This document shows positions 24,512-37,645 of a stretch of DNA of 64,000 bases, one piece after another. The translations under genes were made by a program, and so were the position numbers. The stretch's first letter is position 1; every line of letters begins with the position of its first letter. A model generated the notes under the pieces. The model saw nothing but the letters and a program-made list of their open reading frames with translations, searched no databases and was not told the DNA's origin. The stretch comes from an uncultured Noviherbaspirillum sp. (GTDB lineage Bacteria > Pseudomonadota > Gammaproteobacteria > Burkholderiales > Burkholderiaceae_D), in contig CBIHOK010000002.1 of assembly GCA_966211575.1 (NCBI GenBank), positions 2,322-66,321 on the forward strand, written 5' to 3'.

Positions 24512-25674
24512 GCGCGCCGTCCCGCCGCGATTACATCCAGCACCGCCTGCGCGCTCTCCCGTGCCGAGTCGCGCAGCAGCGCGTGGTGCATGTCGACAAA
24601 GCGCTGCTGTAATGCGGCACGATGAGTATCGTCCTGCAATTGCCGCCATAACGCTTCCGATAGCGCTTGCGACGTGGCCGCATCCTGCAGCAGTTCGGGA
24701 ACGACAAAGTCTCGCGCCAGGATATTGGGCAAGCCGATCCAGGGCTGGTAACCCATGTGCCGCATGATTTCCCACGATGCGCGCATCATCTTGTATGCGA
24801 TCACCATCGGCTTCTTGAACAGCGCCACTTCCAGTGTTGCAGTGCCGGACGCGACCAATACCGCATCGGCTGCGGCAATCGCGGTGTGCGAGTCGCCGAC
24901 CGCGAGTTGAATCGGAATATCCTGCAATCCGGCTGCGGTCAGCAGTTGGCGTAGATAGCCGCACTGTTTTTCGCCGGCCATCGGTACCACTATGCGCAGC
25001 GCCGGATCGCGCCTCAGCAGCAGCGCGGCCGCCTCGATGAACGCCGTCGCGTTATATTTCAGTTCGGACAGCCGGCTGCCGGGCATCACGGTCACTACCC
25101 TGGCGTCGACCGGCAGTCCAAGGCGGCCGCGAGCGGCGGCCGCGTCGGGAGCCATCGGAATCACTTCGGCCAGCGGATAGCCCACATAAGTGGCCGGGAT
25201 TCCGGCCTTGCGGTATATCTCCTGCTCGAACGGAAACACGACCAGCATGTGGGACACCGCTTGCGCAATCTTCTTGATGCGGCCGCCGCGCCATGCCCAG
25301 ATCGACGGACTGATGAAATGCACGGTCGGAATGCCGGCCTGTTTCAGCGAGGTTTCAAGGCCGAAATTGAAATCGGGCGCGTCGACCCCGACAAAGACGG
25401 CGGGACACTCCTGCAACAGCCGGTCGCGCAGCGCCAGCTGTATGCCCTTGATTTCGCGGTAGTGCTTCAATACTTCGAACAATCCGCGCACCGACAGTTT
25501 CTCGATCGGCCAGTCGGAGTGGAAGCCATATTCCGCCATGCGGGCGCCGCCGATGCCATGCATCCGTGCATCAGGCAATTGCGGACGCAGGCCCGACAAC
25601 AGGCGGCTCGCCAGCAGATCGCCTGACGCCTCGCCGGCGACCATGGCGATCGAAATCTCAGCGGATGATGCCAC
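24508..25674 (-). CDS. lpxB: Lipid-A-disaccharide synthase
   Basis: [47 protein letters not shown] start is approximate. Confidence 0.96.
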   Translation of the reverse strand: MASSAEISIAMVAGEASGDLLASRLLSGLRPQLPDARMHGIGGARMAEYGFHSDWPIEKLSVRGLFEVLKHYREIKGIQLALRDRLLQECPAVFVGVDAPDFNFGLETSLKQAGIPTVHFISPSIWAWRGGRIKKIAQAVSHMLVVFPFEQEIYRKAGIPATYVGYPLAEVIPMAPDAAAARGRLGLPVDARVVTVMPGSRLSELKYNATAFIEAAALLLRRDPALRIVVPMAGEKQCGYLRQLLTAAGLQDIPIQLAVGDSHTAIAAADAVLVASGTATLEVALFKKPMVIAYKMMRASWEIMRHMGYQPWIGLPNILARDFVVPELLQDAATSQALSEALWRQLQDDTHRAALQQRFVDMHHALLRDSARESAQAVLDVIAAGRRA

Positions 25675-26446
25675 GGGTGCTGCCATCCAGGAACTTGCGC
25701 AGCGCTCCGATATGAACAGCCGCTTCGGGATGGGCGCTTTCTTCTGCGGCCAGCGCCGCCTTCGCCTCATCCAGCGAGAGGCCAGCGCGGTAGATGATCT
25801 TGTAGGCGCGGCGGATCGAGGCGATCTGTTCGCTGCTGAAACCGCGCCGCTTCAGTCCTTCGTTGTTGATGCCGGCGGGTGCGGCGCGATTGCCGGCGGC
25901 CGTCACGAATGGCGGCACATCCTGGGTGACGGCTGCGGTAAACGCGGTCATTGCATGGGCGCCGATATGGCAAAACTGGTGTACGGTAGTCATGCCGCCC
26001 AGGAACACCCAGTCTTCGAGATGCACATGACCGCCCAGGGTCGCATTGTTGGCGAGGATCAGGTTGCTGCCGAGCTGGCAGTCGTGCGCAATATGCACGT
26101 ATGCCATGATCCAGTTGTCGCTGCCGATCCGGGTAACGCCGGCATCCTGCGTGGTGCCGAGGTTGAACGTGCAGAATTCACGCACCGTGTTGCGGTCGCC
26201 GATTTCCAGCCGGGTCGGTTCGCCCCCATACTTCTTGTCCTGAGGCGCCGCACCGATCGAGGAAAACTGGAAGAACTTGTTGTCGCGCCCGATGGTGGTG
26301 TGTCCTTCGATCACCACGTGCGGCCCGACCCATGTGCCGGCATCGATCTTTACATTCGGCCCGATTACTGCGAACGGGCCGACTTCGACCGTGCTGTCGA
26401 GCTCTGCGCGGGGGTCGACCAGTGCCGCCGGATGAATGCCCGCCAT
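25658..26446 (-). CDS. lpxA: UDP-N-acetylglucosamine acyltransferase
   Basis: Hexapeptide repeats, PQDKKY, MAYVHIAHDC, NNATLGGHV. Confidence 0.97.
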   Translation of the reverse strand: MAGIHPAALVDPRAELDSTVEVGPFAVIGPNVKIDAGTWVGPHVVIEGHTTIGRDNKFFQFSSIGAAPQDKKYGGEPTRLEIGDRNTVREFCTFNLGTTQDAGVTRIGSDNWIMAYVHIAHDCQLGSNLILANNATLGGHVHLEDWVFLGGMTTVHQFCHIGAHAMTAFTAAVTQDVPPFVTAAGNRAAPAGINNEGLKRRGFSSEQIASIRRAYKIIYRAGLSLDEAKAALAAEESAHPEAAVHIGALRKFLDGSTRGIIR

Positions 26447-26916
26447 TACTGTCCCGCCGGCTGGCTGGCGTCCGCGGCGCTGCGCATGGTGCACATCAGT
26501 TCGGCTTCGACCGCCACCTGGCCATCCACGGTTGCCTGCGCCTTGTATTTCCAGATGCCGCGCGCGACGCGCAGGATTTCCACCTGCATCCGCAACTGGT
26601 CGCCCGGCTCCACCGGTCTTTTGAAGCGCGCGCCGTCGATGCCGACGAAATACACGATGCTGTTCTCGTCCGGCTTCTGGCCCATGGTCAGGAAGGACAG
26701 CAACGCGGCAGTCTGGGCCAGCGCCTCAATCATCAGCACGCCCGGCATCACCGGTTTGTGCGGAAAGTGGCCGTTGAAAAACTCTTCGTTGGCAGTGACG
26801 TTCTTGATCGCGGTAATCGACTTGCCCGACTCCCACGCGAGCACGCGATCGACCAGCAGCAGCGGATATCGGTGCGGCAGGTATTGCTTGATTTGATTGA
26901 TGTCGAGTGTTTCCAT
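26446..26916 (-). CDS. fabZ: 3-hydroxyacyl-ACP dehydratase
   Basis: [32 protein letters not shown]. Confidence 0.98.
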   Translation of the reverse strand: METLDINQIKQYLPHRYPLLLVDRVLAWESGKSITAIKNVTANEEFFNGHFPHKPVMPGVLMIEALAQTAALLSFLTMGQKPDENSIVYFVGIDGARFKRPVEPGDQLRMQVEILRVARGIWKYKAQATVDGQVAVEAELMCTMRSAADASQPAGQ

Positions 26917-26918
26917 TC

Positions 26919-27965
26919 TTATTTTCCGATAAGCGACTTGATGGTTTTTTCCAGTTGGCGGATTTTCTCACGCATGGAACCCAGATTGCGCACGATTGCC
27001 GCGGTTTTTTCCCAGTCGGCGTTCTTTGCTAGCGGATAGAAACCGGTATATTGCCCCGGCTCCAGGATCGAGCGCGACACCAGCGTACCGGACGACACCT
27101 GCACGTGGTCGACGATGGTCAGATGTCCGAGCACCATTGCGGCACCGCCGAACAGGCAATATTTGCCGATCTTCGCGCTGCCGGCGACGCCGACGCACCC
27201 GGACATCAGCGTATGGGCGCCGATATGGCAGTTATGGCCGATCTGTATCTGGTTATCCAGCTTGACCCCGTCCTCGATCACGGTATCGTCCAGCGCTCCG
27301 CGGTCAATCGTGGTGTTTGCGCCGATTTCCACGTCGTTGCCGATCATGACCCGCCCGGTCTGCGGAATCTTGACCCAGGCGCCACCCTCGTTCGCGAAAC
27401 CGAAACCGTCGGCGCCAATCACGGCGCCGGAATGAACGATGCCGCGTTCGCCGATTTCACAGCGCTCCTGGAACACCACGCGCGCGTGAAAATGGGTGCC
27501 TGCCCCGACTTTCGCACCCCGTCCGATGTAACACCCTGCATCGATTACTGCTCCGCTGGCGACAACGGCATCGGCTTCGATGGTCACATGAGGGCCGATC
27601 GCGGCATCCGGCGCTATCGAGGCAGCCGGATCCACCGTGGCGCTGGCGTGGATGCCGGCGACGGGAGCGCGCGCGCGTTCAGCCGCGAACCATTGCGCGA
27701 CGCGAGCAAAATAGGCATAGGGATTCGCTGTGATGATCAGCGCGCCGCCATAGCCGGAGGCGGCAATACCCGCGTCCGCCGGAGCGACGATCATCGCTGC
27801 CGCGCGTGATTGCACGGCCTGCGTCCGCAAGCGCGGATTGGTCAGAAAACTGATGTCGGAAGGCGAAGCGGAATCGAGCGGCGCGACTGCGGCCACTTCG
27901 ATGTTTTCATCGCCCTGCAGTTGGCCTCCCAGGCGTTCGACCAATTTTTCCAGCCGAATCGTCAT
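26919..27965 (-). CDS. lpxD: UDP-3-O-acyl-glucosamine N-acyltransferase
   Basis: NPYAYFA, hexapeptide repeats, [27 protein letters not shown]. Confidence 0.97.
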   Translation of the reverse strand: MTIRLEKLVERLGGQLQGDENIEVAAVAPLDSASPSDISFLTNPRLRTQAVQSRAAAMIVAPADAGIAASGYGGALIITANPYAYFARVAQWFAAERARAPVAGIHASATVDPAASIAPDAAIGPHVTIEADAVVASGAVIDAGCYIGRGAKVGAGTHFHARVVFQERCEIGERGIVHSGAVIGADGFGFANEGGAWVKIPQTGRVMIGNDVEIGANTTIDRGALDDTVIEDGVKLDNQIQIGHNCHIGAHTLMSGCVGVAGSAKIGKYCLFGGAAMVLGHLTIVDHVQVSSGTLVSRSILEPGQYTGFYPLAKNADWEKTAAIVRNLGSMREKIRQLEKTIKSLIGK

Positions 27966-27983
27966 TGCGGCCCTTGTCCGGAT

Positions 27984-28496
27984 TTACTTGTTGTTGAGCG
28001 CCTTGAGGACCTTGTCGGTGATGTCGATGCGCGGGCTTGCGTAGACGGCTTCCTGGAAAATGATGTCGTACTTTTCCGTTTCGGCGATCTGCTTGATCAC
28101 CTTGTTGGTGCGATCCAGCACCACCGCCAGCTCTTCGTTGCGGCGCTGGTTCAGATCTTCCCGGAACTCGCGCTGCTTGCGCTGGAAATCCTTGTCCAGA
28201 TCGCTGATCTCGCGCTGCCGCTTGATGCGGTCCGATTCGGCCAGAATCGGGGCATCCTTATCCAGCTTGTCGGACATGGCCTTCAGGCGCGCAGACATGT
28301 CCTGCAACTCCTTGTCCCGATGCGCGAACTCCTGCTGAATCTTGGCTTGCGCCGCCTTGGCCGGAGCCGCTTCACGGAAAATGCGTTCGGTGCTCACAAA
28401 ACCGATTTTCGATCCTTCCGCCTGTGCGCTTGCCAGCGGCGCGAGCAAAGAACCGAGCAAAACCAGGGTAAGCGATGCTTTATTAAGAAACTTCAA
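27984..28496 (-). CDS. skp: Periplasmic chaperone Skp/OmpH
   Basis: Signal peptide, KIGFVSTERI, coiled-coil arms, DITDKVL. TTG start at 28496 has GGAGA upstream. Lies between bamA and lpxD. Confidence 0.92.
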   Translation of the reverse strand: MKFLNKASLTLVLLGSLLAPLASAQAEGSKIGFVSTERIFREAAPAKAAQAKIQQEFAHRDKELQDMSARLKAMSDKLDKDAPILAESDRIKRQREISDLDKDFQRKQREFREDLNQRRNEELAVVLDRTNKVIKQIAETEKYDIIFQEAVYASPRIDITDKVLKALNNK

Positions 28497-28539
28497 GATA
28501 TTTCTCCGCAAATCAAACAATCATTATGCCACTGCGGGC

Positions 28540-30903
28540 TCAAAATCCAGTCCCGAGCTGGAACTGAAAAAGCTGTTTCCTGTCACTGGCCTTTGCATTC
28601 AGGGGCTTGCCCAAACTCAGTTTCAGCGGCCCGATCGGCGATACCCAACTGATGCCCAATCCTGCCGAATAACGCATTTCCGACAGGTCGATTTTCTGGC
28701 CTTCCCCATACACATTGCCGCCATCCACGAAGGTAAACCAGCGCAGCGTCCGGTCGTTGCCGGAACCCGGAAACGGAAATTGCAGTTCGGCGTTCGCAAA
28801 AATCCGGCTGGTGCCGCCGAGCGGGTCGCCGTTGGTATCAAGCGGGCCAAGCGACGAGCTTTCGTAGCCGCGTACCGAGCCGATACCACCCGCATAATAG
28901 TTCTTGAATACCGGATAAGGCTGGCTGCCGAGACCGCGCCCATAATCCACTTCGCCATTCAATGCCAGCGTCATGGTCCGGAACAACGGCCTGTAGTACT
29001 GTTGCTGATAGGCAGCCCGATAGTATTTCAAACTTCCCACCGGCGACAGTTCGAAATTGAACCGCTGGTAGCGGCCCTTGGTCGGCACCAGTGCACTGTC
29101 GCGGTTGTCGCGTTGCCAGGCTATCGTCAGTGGCAGGCCAGTGGTTTTCGCGATGTGGGCGCCCGGATCGTTGATGCTGGCGGCATCACCGAAATCGGCG
29201 ACGTATTGCCGATAAAGCTGGGGGCTGTCGTTGTAGCCCGGCACCGACAGATAGGTTTCGACCTTGGTACGCTCAACGCCGGCGCCGAAATATACGGTAT
29301 CGATCTCGGAGAACGGGACGCCGAATTTAACATTGGCGCCAGTGGTGCGGATCACGTAATCACCGGTATTGACGGTCGGCGGCCGGGTCGTCCTCAGGAA
29401 CAGTTCATAGCTGCGGCTGACCCCCTCGTCGGTGAAATACGGCGTGGTTTGCGACACAGCGATGGTCCGGTTGTACGAACTGGTATTGACATCCAGTCCG
29501 AGCGTATTGCCGCTGCCGAATGCATTCGCCTGCTGGATCGAACCGGTCAGCGACAGTTTGTCGCTGCTGGAGAAGCCTGCCCCCAACAGGATGTTTCCTG
29601 TCGGCTTTTCCACCACGTTCATGTTCACATCGACCTGATCGGTGGTTCCGGCAACTTCCGGCGTTTCGATGTTGACTTCCTTGAAGTAGCCGAGGCGGTC
29701 GACCCGGTCGCGCGACAGGCGGATCTTGTTGCCGTCGTACCAGGAATCCTCGAATTGGCGGAATTCGCGGCGAATCACCTCGTCGCGCGTCTTGGTATTG
29801 CCGGCGATATTGATCCGCCTGACATACACGCGCTTGCCCGGGTCGATCAGCACGGTAAAGCTAACCCGCTTATTCGCGCGATCGACTTCCGGGTTGGCGT
29901 TCACGTTTGCGAACGCATAGCCGAAATTGCCCATGCGCTCGGAAATTTTCTTGATGCTGTCCGCCAGCTTTTCGCCGGAATAAACGTCGCCCTTCTTCAG
30001 TTCCACCAGTTTGCGGAACTCTTCCTCGCGTCCGAGCATCTTGCCTTCCAGCTTGATGTCGCCTACGGTGAACTTGTCCCCTTCGTGGATGTTGATGGTG
30101 ATGTAGATATCCTTCTTGTCGGGCGTGATCGATACCTGGGTGGAATCGACCTGCATTTCAAGGTATCCGCGATTCAGGTAATACGAACGCAGCGTTTCGA
30201 GGTCGCCGGCGAGTTTCTGCTTCGAATACTGGTCGGCCTTCGTATACCAGGTGAACCAGCCGGGGGTGCGCAGGTTCAGCAGGCCGCGCAGCTCGCTATC
30301 GGAGAACGCGTGGTTGCCGACGATGTTGATCTGCTTGATGCGCGCAACCGCGCCTTCGTCCACGTCGAAACTGATATTCACGCGGTTGCGCTCGACCGGC
30401 GTCACCGTGGTCGTGATCTGCACGCCGTAAAGACCACGCGACAGATATTGGCGCTTCAATTCCTGTTCGGCGCGATCGAGCAACGCCTTGTCGAAGATGC
30501 GGGACTCGCCCAAGCCGATATCTTTCAGTGCCTTGGTCAACTGGTCCTTGTCGAATTCCTTGATGCCGGAAAACTCGACGCTGGCGATCGCCGGACGTTC
30601 CACCACCGACACCACCAGCACGTTTCCTTCGACCTCGAGCCGGACGTCCTTGAAAAAGCCGGTCGCATACAATGCCTTGATCGCGGCTTCGCCCTTTTGA
30701 TCGGTATAGCGGTCCCCGACTCGCACCGGCAGGTAGCTGAACACCGTTCCGGGTTCCGTGCGCTGAATGCCTTCGACCCGGATATCCTTGATGGTGAAAG
30801 GCTCGATCGCGAGCGCCTGCCCGGCACAGACGGCAAGTACGGCAGCGGCAACCAGATGACGGGAAAAAACAGGCAGGGGGGAACGCGCGGAAGAGAATTT
30901 CAT
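28540..30903 (-). CDS. bamA: Outer membrane protein assembly factor BamA
   Basis: Five POTRA repeats ([15 protein letters not shown]), VRGY loop motif, C-terminal FQFQLGTGF. Confidence 0.98.
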   Translation of the reverse strand: MKFSSARSPLPVFSRHLVAAAVLAVCAGQALAIEPFTIKDIRVEGIQRTEPGTVFSYLPVRVGDRYTDQKGEAAIKALYATGFFKDVRLEVEGNVLVVSVVERPAIASVEFSGIKEFDKDQLTKALKDIGLGESRIFDKALLDRAEQELKRQYLSRGLYGVQITTTVTPVERNRVNISFDVDEGAVARIKQINIVGNHAFSDSELRGLLNLRTPGWFTWYTKADQYSKQKLAGDLETLRSYYLNRGYLEMQVDSTQVSITPDKKDIYITINIHEGDKFTVGDIKLEGKMLGREEEFRKLVELKKGDVYSGEKLADSIKKISERMGNFGYAFANVNANPEVDRANKRVSFTVLIDPGKRVYVRRINIAGNTKTRDEVIRREFRQFEDSWYDGNKIRLSRDRVDRLGYFKEVNIETPEVAGTTDQVDVNMNVVEKPTGNILLGAGFSSSDKLSLTGSIQQANAFGSGNTLGLDVNTSSYNRTIAVSQTTPYFTDEGVSRSYELFLRTTRPPTVNTGDYVIRTTGANVKFGVPFSEIDTVYFGAGVERTKVETYLSVPGYNDSPQLYRQYVADFGDAASINDPGAHIAKTTGLPLTIAWQRDNRDSALVPTKGRYQRFNFELSPVGSLKYYRAAYQQQYYRPLFRTMTLALNGEVDYGRGLGSQPYPVFKNYYAGGIGSVRGYESSSLGPLDTNGDPLGGTSRIFANAELQFPFPGSGNDRTLRWFTFVDGGNVYGEGQKIDLSEMRYSAGLGISWVSPIGPLKLSLGKPLNAKASDRKQLFQFQLGTGF

Positions 30904-30958
30904 CGGTTATTTGTTATCAATATTCTGGCCGGCGCCTAGCGGTCCGGCCTGCTTCGGT

Positions 30959-32329
30959 TCAGGACATGAGCCGAACGATGTCGTTGAAGACAGCCACCGC
31001 CATCAACGTCATCAGTATCCCTGCACCGGCACGCTGGGCGATCTCTCCAACCCGCTCGGGAATCGCACGGCCGGTCAAAACTTCCAGCGCATAATACAGT
31101 AAAAGCCCCCCGTCCAGAACCGGGATGGGAAGCAGATTCATGATGCCCAGACTGACGCTGATGAATGCAATGAATGTCAGGTAGCTGATCACGCCAATCC
31201 GGGCGGTTTGTCCGGCGTAGTCGGCAATGGTGATCGGCCCGGTTATATTCTTCCAGGAAATCTGTCCGATAATCATTTTACCAAGCATTTTGACGGTCAG
31301 AATGCTGGTATCCCAAGTCTTTTTCACAGCCTTGCCAAGCGCCGCCAGTGGAGCCGAGCGTGCAACCACCATCTCGGGTGCGAGCGGCACCTCGACACCG
31401 ATGCGTCCGACGGGGCGGCCATCCTGCACCTGCTTTTCCGGAGTCACCAGGGTGCCCACCTCGGTCCCGTCGCGCATCACGTCGAAGCGCAGCGGCCTGC
31501 CCGCCGCGGCCCGCACTGTTTCGACCAGCGCCAAGCCGTCTTCGATCGGTTCACCGTCGATGCGAAATACCCGGTCCCCCTCTTTCAGTCCGGCACGCAT
31601 TGCCGGACTGTCCGGAACGATGTGTCCCAGCACTGCCCTTGGGCGAGCCAGTTCGATCCCGAGCCTGGACAGGAAATCGCCTTCGAGTTCGTCGGTCGAC
31701 AACCCGTCCAGCCGCATCGTCACGTCATGTCCGGAGGTCGCGCCGGTTTGTCCATGCGGCACGTCCGTCACCGTCAACCGCACCGGCGTTTTTTCCAGCG
31801 CCAGTTGCAGCACATCCCAGCGCAGATCGGACCAGGACTGCACGGTTTCCCCATTGACTGCGGTAATCAGTTCCCCTCCTCGCAGGCCGGCTTCATAGGC
31901 AGCGCTGTGCTGGGGCACCGCCCTGAGGCGCGCCGCAGGTTCGGGAATGCCGTGATTGTAGAGGGCCGCGAACAGGCCGATCGCGAGCAGGAAATTAGCC
32001 AGCGGGCCGGCTGCGACGATCGCGATCCGTTTCCATACCGATTGCCGGGTAAATTCGCGCGCCAGTTCGTCCGGACTCAATCCGCTGACATCCTGCTCGC
32101 GCGCATCCAGCATCTTGACGTAGCCGCCGAACGGCAGCATAGAGAGTGCCCATTCGGTCTGGTCCCGGCCCAGGCGTTTCGAATAGACGATATTGCCCAT
32201 GCCGACCGAGAAGCGCAGTACCTTGACCCCGCACCAGCGCGCCACCAGGTAATGTCCGAGCTCATGCACCACCACCAGCAAGCCCAGCGCCACGAAGAAC
32301 GCAATCAGTGTCTGCAGCAGCGTCATCAT
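30959..32329 (-). CDS. rseP: Regulated intramembrane zinc protease RseP
   Basis: HELGH, GGYVKM, AGPLANF, two PDZ domains, NLLPIPVLDGG. Confidence 0.97.
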   Translation of the reverse strand: MMTLLQTLIAFFVALGLLVVVHELGHYLVARWCGVKVLRFSVGMGNIVYSKRLGRDQTEWALSMLPFGGYVKMLDAREQDVSGLSPDELAREFTRQSVWKRIAIVAAGPLANFLLAIGLFAALYNHGIPEPAARLRAVPQHSAAYEAGLRGGELITAVNGETVQSWSDLRWDVLQLALEKTPVRLTVTDVPHGQTGATSGHDVTMRLDGLSTDELEGDFLSRLGIELARPRAVLGHIVPDSPAMRAGLKEGDRVFRIDGEPIEDGLALVETVRAAAGRPLRFDVMRDGTEVGTLVTPEKQVQDGRPVGRIGVEVPLAPEMVVARSAPLAALGKAVKKTWDTSILTVKMLGKMIIGQISWKNITGPITIADYAGQTARIGVISYLTFIAFISVSLGIMNLLPIPVLDGGLLLYYALEVLTGRAIPERVGEIAQRAGAGILMTLMAVAVFNDIVRLMS

Positions 32330-32336
32330 GAATACC

Positions 32337-33521
32337 CTATTGAAGCAGGGAACGCGCCGCTTCCCGCGCGCGGCGGTCGTACTCCAGCAGTGAAGACAAA
32401 TCGTCGAAGCCGCCGCCGGGAAGGATTTCCATGACGCCCGCAATCACCCGGTCGATCTCGCGGAATCCGATACGGCGCTCGAGAAACGCCTGCACGGCAA
32501 CTTCATTGGCAGCATTCAGTATAGCGGGCGCGGAACCGGCGGCCAACAGCGCATCGTACGCCAGCTTCAGGCAGGGAAAACGATTGAAATCCGGCGCAAA
32601 AAACTCCAGCTGGCCGATGCGTGCGAGATCCACCGCGGCAACGCCGGACGCGATGCGTTGCGGATGCGCGAGCGCGTGCGCGATCGGCGTGCGCATGTCG
32701 GGATTGCCCAATTGGGCGAGCATCGAGCCATCGACGTAGGACACCATCGAATGAATGACGCTTTGCGGGTGAATCACGACCTCGATCTGCGCCGCTTCCG
32801 CACCGAACAGCCAATGCGCCTCGATGACTTCCAGGCCCTTGTTCATCATGGTAGCCGAGTCGACCGAGATCTTGCGGCCCATCACCCAGTTCGGATGCGC
32901 GACCGCTTCTTCCGGAGTCACCTGCTCCAGGGTGTCGACCGCGCGCTTCAGGAACGGGCCACCGGATGCGGTCAGGAGCACCTTGGAGACGCCGTGCCGA
33001 CCGGGTTTGCGGGAAAAATCCTGCGGCAGGCACTGGAAAATCGCGTTGTGCTCGCTATCGATCGGCAGCAGCGTGGCGCCGCCGGCCTGCACCGCATCCA
33101 TGAACAGGCGGCCGGACATCACCAGCGCTTCCTTGTTGGCCAGCAACACTTTCTTGCCGGCGGCAGCCGCGGCGAGCGCAGGCGCCAGCCCGGCTGCGCC
33201 AACGATTGCCGCCATCACGACGTCGCACTCCGCGTCCGCCGCAATTGCGCATAGAGCCTGCTCGCCGTATTCCACCTCGGTACGGGCGGCGGCCGCTGCC
33301 AGCATGGACTTCAGCTTGAGCGCGGCGTCTGCGGAGCCGACCACCGCCACTTTCGGCTGGAACCGGATACACTGTTCGGCGAGTTCTTCCACCCGTTGAA
33401 ACGCGGAAAGCGCGTGCACCCGATAACGATCCGGATGGCGTGCCACCACATCCAGCGTGGAAACGCCGATCGAGCCGGTCGCGCCAAGTACCGTGATACC
33501 TTGTGTTTCTTTGCTTGTCAT
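32337..33521 (-). CDS. dxr: 1-deoxy-D-xylulose-5-phosphate reductoisomerase
   Basis: [48 protein letters not shown]. Confidence 0.98.
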   Translation of the reverse strand: MTSKETQGITVLGATGSIGVSTLDVVARHPDRYRVHALSAFQRVEELAEQCIRFQPKVAVVGSADAALKLKSMLAAAAARTEVEYGEQALCAIAADAECDVVMAAIVGAAGLAPALAAAAAGKKVLLANKEALVMSGRLFMDAVQAGGATLLPIDSEHNAIFQCLPQDFSRKPGRHGVSKVLLTASGGPFLKRAVDTLEQVTPEEAVAHPNWVMGRKISVDSATMMNKGLEVIEAHWLFGAEAAQIEVVIHPQSVIHSMVSYVDGSMLAQLGNPDMRTPIAHALAHPQRIASGVAAVDLARIGQLEFFAPDFNRFPCLKLAYDALLAAGSAPAILNAANEVAVQAFLERRIGFREIDRVIAGVMEILPGGGFDDLSSLLEYDRRAREAARSLLQ

Positions 33522-34342
33522 GTTAACCACAAACTGATCAGGGCCGCGAGCGGCAGCACCGGGATCAACGCATCGATCCGATCGAGCACGCCGCCGTGCC
33601 CGGGCAGCAGATTGCTGCTGTCCTTCATTCCGGCCCGGCGCTTGAGTTGAGATTCGAACAGATCGCCGGCAATGCTGCATACCACCAGGATCGTCATCAC
33701 GGCCACCAGGCCGCCCCACCCCCAGCGGGAAAGCAAGCGCGACGTGAAGGTATCGGCCAGCAGCGGAGAAAAAGTGGATGCCGCAGCAATAACGAGCACG
33801 GCCAGCCAGCCCCCGATCGCGCCCTCCCAGGATTTGCCGGGCGAAATTGCGGGCGCTATCTTGTGGCGCCCGAATGCCTTGCCGGAAAAATAGGCACCGA
33901 TATCCGCGATCCAGACCACGGCCATCACCGAAAGCAGGTAAATCGGCGAGTGCCGGAACAGTGCCGCGATCGCGACGAAGCAGCCGAGTATCGCGACGGC
34001 GTAGACCCGGCTCAGGACGCGGTTCGCGAAACTATCCGGGCGGGGCAGGCCGATTGCCAGCGATGGTCCCAGGCGGAACGTCCAGATCACAACGCACAGC
34101 AGAAACAGGATGCCGAGCCGGCTGACGTCAGTAGCCAAGGCAATCACGGCAAAAGCCAACGCCCACAACACGCCGCCGGCGACCGGCCGCGCGTGCCGGA
34201 ACAGGCGGAAGCATTCCCAGGCGGCAGCGCCGAAAAAAACCGCTGTCGCGACGACGAACAACGGAAACGAGCCGGCGAACAGCACGACCAGCAATACCGC
34301 GAGCAATACCAGAGCGGTAATGACGCGTGTCCTCAACATCAC
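33518..34342 (-). CDS. cdsA: Phosphatidate cytidylyltransferase
   Basis: [45 protein letters not shown]. Confidence 0.97.
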   Translation of the reverse strand: MMLRTRVITALVLLAVLLVVLFAGSFPLFVVATAVFFGAAAWECFRLFRHARPVAGGVLWALAFAVIALATDVSRLGILFLLCVVIWTFRLGPSLAIGLPRPDSFANRVLSRVYAVAILGCFVAIAALFRHSPIYLLSVMAVVWIADIGAYFSGKAFGRHKIAPAISPGKSWEGAIGGWLAVLVIAAASTFSPLLADTFTSRLLSRWGWGGLVAVMTILVVCSIAGDLFESQLKRRAGMKDSSNLLPGHGGVLDRIDALIPVLPLAALISLWLT

Positions 34343-35097
34343 GAAGCCTTTTTCTGCTGGATCAATTGTTCACTGGTGCGCCCGAAGCGTCGCTCGCGCT
34401 GCTGGTAGGACAGGATGGCCTGATCGAGCGCGACGGCGTCGAAATCCGGCCAGTAGGTCTCGGTGAAATAGAATTCCGTGTAGGCGAGCTGCCAAAGCAG
34501 GAAGTTGGAAACGCGTTGTTCGCCGCCGGTCCGGATGAACAGGTCGGGTTCGGGTGCGTAAGCCATCGCAAGATGAGGCGCCAGTTGTTCCTCGCTGAAA
34601 TCGGTGCTGCCAGGATTGGCCGCAACCATCTTGCCAACCGCCTGCATCACGTCCCAACGGCCTCCGTAATTCGCACAGATCGTCACCGTCAGGCGCTGGT
34701 TGTTGGCAGTTCGTCGCTCGGCGCCGGCAATCAACGCTTGCAGCTTCGCGTCGAAGCGACTGAGATCGCCGACCACGCGCAGCCGGATCCCGTTCGCGTG
34801 CATCTTCGCGACTTCCCGCTCCAGCGCGGTGACGAACAGGCGCATCAGCAGCGACACCTCCTCGGCCGGACGGCGCCAGTTTTCAGAGCTGAACGCAAAC
34901 AGCGTCAGGTATTCGACGCCGCGTTCGATACAGGCTTCCACCACGCTCCGCACCGCCTCCACTCCCTTGCCGTGGCCCGCAATACGCGGAAGAAAGCGGC
35001 TGGTCGCCCAGCGGCCGTTTCCATCCATGATGATGGCGATATGGCGCGGCACCGCCGGAATATTGGGTACCGTCTGCGTTGAGCTCAAATGCGTCAT
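34339..35097 (-). CDS. uppS: Undecaprenyl diphosphate synthase
   Basis: [45 protein letters not shown]. Confidence 0.98.
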   Translation of the reverse strand: MTHLSSTQTVPNIPAVPRHIAIIMDGNGRWATSRFLPRIAGHGKGVEAVRSVVEACIERGVEYLTLFAFSSENWRRPAEEVSLLMRLFVTALEREVAKMHANGIRLRVVGDLSRFDAKLQALIAGAERRTANNQRLTVTICANYGGRWDVMQAVGKMVAANPGSTDFSEEQLAPHLAMAYAPEPDLFIRTGGEQRVSNFLLWQLAYTEFYFTETYWPDFDAVALDQAILSYQQRERRFGRTSEQLIQQKKAS

Positions 35098-35270
35098 GAA
35101 AGAAAAGGAAAAGAGTAGGAATCAAGAAGCGGCGCGGTTTGCGCGGCATCGGAACCAAGCATACCTTATTGCGCTGCGGACAGTGCACCTTCCTGTCCGG
35201 TCAACGATATGCCTCAACCCGCGGTAAGCGGCCGCAGGCCGCAAGCAATCCGAGCCGCCGGGCGCGCGGC

Positions 35271-35831
35271 TCAAACCGTCAGCAACTCTTTTTCCTTTTC
35301 CGTGATCAGCTTGTCCACTTCCGCGACGAACTTGTCCGTCAGTTTCTGCACGTCATCCTGGGCACGGCGCTCCTCGTCTTCGGAGCAGATCTTGTCCTTG
35401 AGCATTTTCTTCAGCGCTTCGTTGGCGTCGCGCCGGATGTTGCGGATTGCCACCTTGGAATCCTCGCCCTCGCCCTTCACCAGCTTCACGATTTCCTTGC
35501 GCCGCTCCTCGGTCAGGGGAGGCGTGGGCACCCGGATCAAATCGCCCTGGGTAGCCGGATTGAGGCCGAGATCGGATTCGCGGATCGCCTTCTCGACTGC
35601 CGCCACCATTTTCTTTTCCCATGGCTGCACGCCGATGGTACGGGCATCGATCAGCGTGACGTTGGCAACCTGGCTGATCTGGGTCGGCGTGCCGTAATAA
35701 TCGACATGCACATGATCGAGGATTCCGACGTGGGCGCGACCGGTGCGCACCTTGGCCAGATCGGCCTTCAGTGTCTCGATCGATTTGTGCATCTTCTGTT
35801 CGGCGTTTTTCTTGATGTCCGCGACTGTCAT
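35271..35831 (-). CDS. frr: Ribosome recycling factor
   Basis: [31 protein letters not shown]. Confidence 0.98.
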   Translation of the reverse strand: MTVADIKKNAEQKMHKSIETLKADLAKVRTGRAHVGILDHVHVDYYGTPTQISQVANVTLIDARTIGVQPWEKKMVAAVEKAIRESDLGLNPATQGDLIRVPTPPLTEERRKEIVKLVKGEGEDSKVAIRNIRRDANEALKKMLKDKICSEDEERRAQDDVQKLTDKFVAEVDKLITEKEKELLTV

Positions 35832-35861
35832 GCTGCTCTCCTGTTCTGCTGCGAGTACGAT

Positions 35862-36578
35862 TTATACGTGAACCAGCGTACCTTCATCGTCCCCCATGAT
35901 GACGCCTTTCAGCGCGCCAGGCTTGACGATGGAGAATACCTTGATCGGCAATTTCTGATCCCGGCACAACGCGAATGCAGTTGCATCCATTACCTGCAGG
36001 TGCTTGGCAATCGCTTCATCGAAGGTGATCGTCGAATAGCGCGTCGCGTTCAGGTCCTTGTTCGGATCGGCACTGTAGACACCGTCGACCTTGGTGGCCT
36101 TCAGCACGATTTCGGCGCCCACCTCGGATCCTCTCAAGGCGGCCGCGGTATCGGTGGTGAAGAACGGATTGCCGGTGCCGGCGGCGAAAATCACGATCTT
36201 GCCCTCTTCCAGGTACTGCAGCGCCTTCGGCCGTACATACGGCTCCACCACCTGCTCTATGCCGATCGCCGACATGACACGGGCGGTCAGCCCGACCTGA
36301 CGCATCGCGTCGGCCAGCGCCAGCGAGTTCATCACCGTGGCCAGCATGCCCATGTAATCGGCGGTGGCGCGGTCCATTCCCTGCGCGCCGGGAGCGACAC
36401 CGCGAAAGATGTTGCCGCCGCCGATCACGATTGCCAGCTCCACGCCCAGCCTTGCCACTTCCGCCACGTCGGCCACCATGCGTTCGATGGTCGCACGATT
36501 GATGCCGTATGCATCATCGCCCATCAGGGCCTCGCCGGACAGTTTCAGGAGAACGCGTTTGTACGCCGGTTTTGTCAT
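35862..36578 (-). CDS. pyrH: UMP kinase
   Basis: [40 protein letters not shown]. Confidence 0.98.
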   Translation of the reverse strand: MTKPAYKRVLLKLSGEALMGDDAYGINRATIERMVADVAEVARLGVELAIVIGGGNIFRGVAPGAQGMDRATADYMGMLATVMNSLALADAMRQVGLTARVMSAIGIEQVVEPYVRPKALQYLEEGKIVIFAAGTGNPFFTTDTAAALRGSEVGAEIVLKATKVDGVYSADPNKDLNATRYSTITFDEAIAKHLQVMDATAFALCRDQKLPIKVFSIVKPGALKGVIMGDDEGTLVHV

Positions 36579-36664
36579 GGACTCAATTCCTTGTTATGGT
36601 CCGGTTGCCTGGAGCGCTTTCGGTCTGACCGGCTCGATGATGCCGGAGGCCGAAAGCGCTCTAG

Positions 36665-36686
36665 AAAAACGGGCCTTTCGGCCCGC
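36665..36686 (-). terminator. Rho-independent terminator after tsf
   Basis: GCGGGCC-GAAA-GGCCCGT plus T run on the minus strand. Confidence 0.8.
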
Positions 36687-36698
36687 TGTTGTTGCTGC

Positions 36699-37580
36699 TT
36701 ATGCCTGCTTGGCCGCCGCCACTTGCGCAGCGACCTCCGCGGCAAAGTCATCCTGTTTTTTCTCGATGCCTTCGCCCACCACGTACATCGTGAACGACTT
36801 CACCGTGGTATTGGCGGCCTTCAGCATCTGTTCGACCGTCTGCTTGTCGTTCTTGACGAACGGCTGGTTGAACAGCGAGACTTCCTTCAGGTATTTCTGC
36901 ACGCTGCCCTCGACCATCTTGGCGACGATATCGGCAGGCTTGCCGGACTCGGCCGCCTTCTGGGAAGCGATCGAGCGCTCCTTTTCGATCAGGTCGGCCG
37001 GAACTTCGTCGGACGACAGTGCCACCGGCTTCATTGCGGCGATGTGCATCGCCACGTCCTTGCCGACCTGCTCGTCGCCACCGTCGAATTCGACCATCAC
37101 GCCGATACGGGTACCGTGCAGGTAAGACACCAGACGGGCGCCGGTTTCGTAGCGCTTGAAGCGGCGAATCGACATGTTCTCGCCGATCTTGCCGACCAGC
37201 GCGGCGCGCACTTCCTCCAATGTCTTGCCATCCACCGGCAGCGCAGATAATGCCGCCACGTCGGCCGGATTGTTCTCGGCGACCAGGCGGGCGCAGGTGT
37301 TCGCCAGTGCGATGAAGTCATCGTTCTTGGTCACGAAATCGGTTTCGCAGTTGACTTCGACCAGCGCGCCCACGCCGCCGGAAATGTACGCAGCCACCAC
37401 GCCCTCGGCGGTGATGCGCGAAGCAGCCTTGGAAGCCTTGCTGCCCAGCTTGACGCGCAGGATTTCCTCGGCACGCGCCAGATCGCCGTCGGCTTCGGTC
37501 AGTGCCTTCTTGCACTCCATCATCGGCGCGTCGGTCTTTGCGCGCAGTTCGCCCACCATCGCTGCGGTAATTGCCGCCAT
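36699..37580 (-). CDS. tsf: Elongation factor Ts
   Basis: [34 protein letters not shown]. Confidence 0.98.
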   Translation of the reverse strand: MAAITAAMVGELRAKTDAPMMECKKALTEADGDLARAEEILRVKLGSKASKAASRITAEGVVAAYISGGVGALVEVNCETDFVTKNDDFIALANTCARLVAENNPADVAALSALPVDGKTLEEVRAALVGKIGENMSIRRFKRYETGARLVSYLHGTRIGVMVEFDGGDEQVGKDVAMHIAAMKPVALSSDEVPADLIEKERSIASQKAAESGKPADIVAKMVEGSVQKYLKEVSLFNQPFVKNDKQTVEQMLKAANTTVKSFTMYVVGEGIEKKQDDFAAEVAAQVAAAKQA

Positions 37581-37645
37581 GTCTTTCTCCTAAATTCAAG
37601 ATGCGTCTATCGGACGCGTTCAATCAAAATACGTTCGTACCGGCT

